DNA from: Burkholderiales bacterium
GTDB lineage: Bacteria > Pseudomonadota > Gammaproteobacteria > Burkholderiales > SG8-39
Assembly (NCBI GenBank): GCA_046160305.1
Contig: JBJXGX010000272.1
Span: 1-64,000 of the forward strand
DNA length: 64,000 nucleotides
Direction of reading: 5' to 3'
A model generated the notes under the pieces. The model had not been told where the DNA came from. It searched no databases and saw only the letters and a program-made list of their open reading frames with translations. Below, piece after piece: positions 60,979-64,000 of the stretch. The translations under genes and the position numbers were made by a program. The number at the start of each line of letters is the position of its first letter. Position 1 is the stretch's first letter.

Positions 60979-61518
60979 GTGATCGCCCTCCTCTACGCCC
61001 ACCCCCACCCCGCCCGGTCGCGCGCCAACCGCGTGCTGCTCGATGCCGCGCGCACCGTGCCTGGCATCACCGTGCGCTCCTTGTACGACACGTATCCTGA
61101 CTTCGACATCGATGTTGCCGCCGAGCGCAGATTGCTCGCCGATACGAAGCTCATCGTGTGGCAGCACCCGCTCATGTGGTACTCGGCGCCCGCGCTCATG
61201 AAGCTTTGGTTCGATAGCGTGCTTGCACACGGCTGGGCCTATGGTGAAGGTGGCACCGCGCTCGCTGGAAAGTCGTGCCTTTGGGTGACCACGACCGGTG
61301 CGCCGCCAGACGACTATTCGCCCGCGGGCAAGCATCAGTACCCATTTGAAGCCTTCACTCCGTTGATCGAAATGACTGCGCGCTATTGCCACATGCATTG
61401 GCTCGCACCGATCATCGTGCATGGGGCGCATCTGATCGACGATGCAACCTTGCAGAATCACGCAGCCCAATACCGCGATCGCTTGATCTCATTCACGCAG
61501 GAGGCCGATCGTGGCTGA
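60979..61518 (+). CDS. kefG: KefG/KefF-type NAD(P)H-dependent flavodoxin-like ancillary protein
   Basis: GTG start. MIALLYAHPHP...IVWQHPLMWYSAPALMKLWFD is diagnostic of KefF/KefG. Its stop overlaps the kefB start (GTGGCTGA). Confidence 0.75.
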   Translation: MIALLYAHPHPARSRANRVLLDAARTVPGITVRSLYDTYPDFDIDVAAERRLLADTKLIVWQHPLMWYSAPALMKLWFDSVLAHGWAYGEGGTALAGKSCLWVTTTGAPPDDYSPAGKHQYPFEAFTPLIEMTARYCHMHWLAPIIVHGAHLIDDATLQNHAAQYRDRLISFTQEADRG

Positions 61519-63307
61519 ACCGTCGCTCCTGCGCGATGCGATCGTCTTCCTTGGCGCGGCCGTCGTCTGCGTGCCGCTAGCCAAGCGTGGTGGCCTTGGC
61601 TCGGTCATGGGTTACCTGATCGCAGGCTGGCTGATCGGACCCTGGGGGTTCAAGCTGGTCGGCGCGGTTGAGTCGACCTTGCACTTCGCCGAGCTTGGGG
61701 TCGTGCTCATGTTGTTTCTGATTGGTCTGGAACTCGATCTCAAACGGCTGATCGCGATGCGCCGCGCAGTGTTTGGCGGTGGCGCATTGCAGATGGCCGC
61801 ATGCGGCAGCGTACTGGCCCTTGGTCTGTTCGCGCTTGGCTTGTCATGGCAGGCCGCGCTCGCGGCCGGTCTGGCATTGGCCATGTCATCGACGGCGATT
61901 GCGGTGCAAACGATGAACGAGCGCAATCTCATGAATTCACCGGTCGGCCGCAGCAGTTTTGCAGTGTTGCTGTTCCAGGACATCGCGGCGATCCCCTTGA
62001 TTGCGCTGGTGCCGTTTCTGGGCGTGATGAGTGATACCGGCGAGTCAGGCTGGATTGGTGCCGGCAAGGCCATCGCCGCGATCGTTGGGGTGGTGATCAT
62101 CGGCCGGTTTCTCACGCGACCGCTGATGCGCTTGATCGCCAAGGCAGACGTCCGCGAGATCTTCACGGCATTCGCTTTGCTGCTCGTGATCGGCATTGCG
62201 CAATTGATGAGCGCGGCCGGTTTGTCGATGGCATTGGGCGCGTTTCTCGCCGGCGTGTTGCTTGCCAGCTCCGAATATCGTCACGCACTGGAAAGCGATA
62301 TTGCCCCATTCAAGGGATTGCTGTTGGGGCTCTTCTTCATCGCAGTAGGCATGTCGATCGACGTTGGACAAGTCATCGCCCGTCCCGGATTGCTTGCGGC
62401 ACTGGTCATTGGCCTGCTCGTTCTCAAGGGAACCGCGCTCGCCCTCATCGCACCACGGCTTGACGTTCCACGAGCAGAGCGCCTGCTCTTCGCGGCGCTG
62501 CTCGCGCAAGCGGGTGAATTCGCGTTTGTCGTGCTGGGCGTCGCACGCGAAGCGCAGATCCTGCCGCGCGATTGGGAGGGGCTGCTGACCGCCGCAGTCG
62601 CCTTGTCGATGGCGATGACCACGCTCCTCCTGATCGCCTTCGATCGCCTTACGGTAAAGCATGCGCAGACCGAGCGCGCAGCGGATTCGATCGACGACGA
62701 TACCGCGCCGGTAATCATCGCGGGCATGGGACGCTACGGGCAAATCATCGGTCGTGTGCTGCTCGCACAAGGCATTCCGATTACGGTGCTCGATCATGAC
62801 CCCGAGCAGATCGATACGGTGCGCAGGTTCGGCTACAGAGTATTTTATGGCGATGCAACGCGGCTCGATCTGCTGCAAGCGGCCGGGGCCGCCAAGGCGA
62901 AGCTGCTGGTGATCGCGATCGACGATGTCGCCGACAGCTTGGTGTTGGTCGATGTGGCGAAGGCGAGTTTTCCCAATCTGACCATCATCGCTCGCGCCCG
63001 CAATGTCCGGCACTGGCTCGAGCTCGCTGACCGCGGCGTCACCGCGATCGAACGGGAAACCTTCGAGTCTTCGCTGCGCAGTGCCCGCGCTGCTTTGACC
63101 GCGCTTGGCGTCGCCGCCTATGAGGCGCGTGAGATTACCGATGCGTTCCGGCGGCATAATCTGGCGACCTTGAACGCCATGCTCCCGCACTTCACCGACG
63201 AAGCGAAAACCGTGGCCATCGTCAAGAGCGGTCGCGAAGAGCTCGAAGCAAACCTGCTCGGTGATCGCGAGGCGCGAACGAAACCACATGCGGGGGGCTG
63301 GCACTGA
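61511..63307 (+). CDS. kefB: glutathione-regulated K+ efflux antiporter KefB/KefC (CPA2 + RCK/TrkA-N domain)
   Basis: 598 aa. Na_H exchanger membrane domain, then IIAGMGRYGQ Rossmann (KTN) domain. Confidence 0.85.
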   Translation: MAEPSLLRDAIVFLGAAVVCVPLAKRGGLGSVMGYLIAGWLIGPWGFKLVGAVESTLHFAELGVVLMLFLIGLELDLKRLIAMRRAVFGGGALQMAACGSVLALGLFALGLSWQAALAAGLALAMSSTAIAVQTMNERNLMNSPVGRSSFAVLLFQDIAAIPLIALVPFLGVMSDTGESGWIGAGKAIAAIVGVVIIGRFLTRPLMRLIAKADVREIFTAFALLLVIGIAQLMSAAGLSMALGAFLAGVLLASSEYRHALESDIAPFKGLLLGLFFIAVGMSIDVGQVIARPGLLAALVIGLLVLKGTALALIAPRLDVPRAERLLFAALLAQAGEFAFVVLGVAREAQILPRDWEGLLTAAVALSMAMTTLLLIAFDRLTVKHAQTERAADSIDDDTAPVIIAGMGRYGQIIGRVLLAQGIPITVLDHDPEQIDTVRRFGYRVFYGDATRLDLLQAAGAAKAKLLVIAIDDVADSLVLVDVAKASFPNLTIIARARNVRHWLELADRGVTAIERETFESSLRSARAALTALGVAAYEAREITDAFRRHNLATLNAMLPHFTDEAKTVAIVKSGREELEANLLGDREARTKPHAGGWH

Positions 63308-63403
63308 GTGGGGAAGGAGCTCGGCGCTTCCAGACATGGCATCATTTGCAGAGCGACTCGTAATCAACCGGTAGCACCATCTCCGATCGGAATGTCATAG
63401 CCT

Positions 63404-64000
63404 ATGCGCCGCTTTCCCAAAGACATCTACACCGAGCCCGATGACGTCGATCCCGAAACGTTGAACAATCTTGGTCCGCTGCGACCGATGGCCGGCGTCT
63501 GGCAGGGCAAGCGGGGACTCGATATCAATCCCAAGGCCGACGGCCCTGAGCGGCAAGCATTCATCGAACGGATCGAGCTACAGCCGATCGATCCGCAGAC
63601 CAATGGCCCGCAGCTCCTCTACGGGTTGCGCTACCACCAGCATGTCGTCAAGCCGGGCGAGATCGCAACCTATCATGATCAAATCGGCTATTGGCTTTGG
63701 GAGCCGGCCACCGGCATGATTTTCCAGACCTTGGCGATCCCGCGGGCGCAAGTCGCGCTGGCGATCGGCCGCGCCAAGCCGGCGGCCAAACGCTTCGAAC
63801 TGATCGCGAAGCGCGGTCAAACACAGAACGGCATCTCCTCGAACCCGTTTCTCGAACATGCATTCAAGACGGTTGAGTACCGGATCAAAGTGACCATCAA
63901 CAAAGACGGGAGCTGGAAGTATGATGAGGACACCGTGCTGAAGATCCGCGGGCAAACGAAGCTGTTTCATCACACCGACCGCAGCACGCTCACGAGAATC
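63404..64000 (+). CDS. nitrobindin-like (DUF1794, FABP/THAP4-type heme-binding beta-barrel) protein, 3'-partial at window end
   Basis: The ATG at 63404 gives MRRFPKDIYTEPDDVDPETLNNLGPLRPMAGVWQGKRGLDINPK.... High GC3 and open to the window end. Absent from the ORF table for that reason. Confidence 0.5.
   Translation, partial: MRRFPKDIYTEPDDVDPETLNNLGPLRPMAGVWQGKRGLDINPKADGPERQAFIERIELQPIDPQTNGPQLLYGLRYHQHVVKPGEIATYHDQIGYWLWEPATGMIFQTLAIPRAQVALAIGRAKPAAKRFELIAKRGQTQNGISSNPFLEHAFKTVEYRIKVTINKDGSWKYDEDTVLKIRGQTKLFHHTDRSTLTRI

Overview
This is a high-GC (about 65%) bacterial chromosome segment, most likely betaproteobacterial. Burkholderiales-like is an inference from the Bug/TctC gene and overall gene content. 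I find no rRNA, tRNA or CRISPR. About 60 protein-coding genes are supportable, including one edge-truncated at each end of the window.

Content from start to end:
- 5' end: partial AlkZ/YcaQ-like gene, then a roughly 490-nt GC-poor non-coding leader, a peroxiredoxin gene, and a deacetylase / MCGLCG-protein / COG0523 GTPase trio.
- First hydantoinase/oxoprolinase locus (hyuA-hyuB). The HyuB subunit carries an N-terminal extension. It is followed by a 956-aa flotillin-like protein carrying 29-aa tandem repeats.
- PotABCD-like ABC transporter whose ATPase gene is convergent to the rest; two novel membrane proteins are co-transcribed with the permease/SBP genes.
- Second hydantoinase locus with an isochorismatase-fold amidase. 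Here the extension is on HyuA.
- YrdC-like gene, vapBC toxin-antitoxin pair, and a perfect 27-bp inverted repeat.
- A cluster of 'modifier' genes, each beside a GlxA/AraC regulator.
- An 8-gene minus-strand operon plus a divergent MocR regulator and a D-aminoacylase. I interpret this as a candidate sulfonate (cysteate / DHPS-like) catabolic system: racemase, CuyA-like fold-II PLP lyase, DegT aminotransferase, HisD/HpsN-like dehydrogenase and a TauABC-like transporter.
- An approximately 8-kb gene-decay zone with several disrupted genes: VOC, BNR, LysR, TerC/Alx, TerB and an unknown C-terminal remnant.
- htpX, a PAP2 gene, dgkA, a cus-like two-component system with cusF, pirin, kefG-kefB and a partial nitrobindin-like gene at the 3' end.

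Tandem and inverted repeats at 1.4, 15.7, 27.9 and 37.2 kb are listed separately. Long antisense ORFs in the six-frame table are treated as GC-induced shadows.
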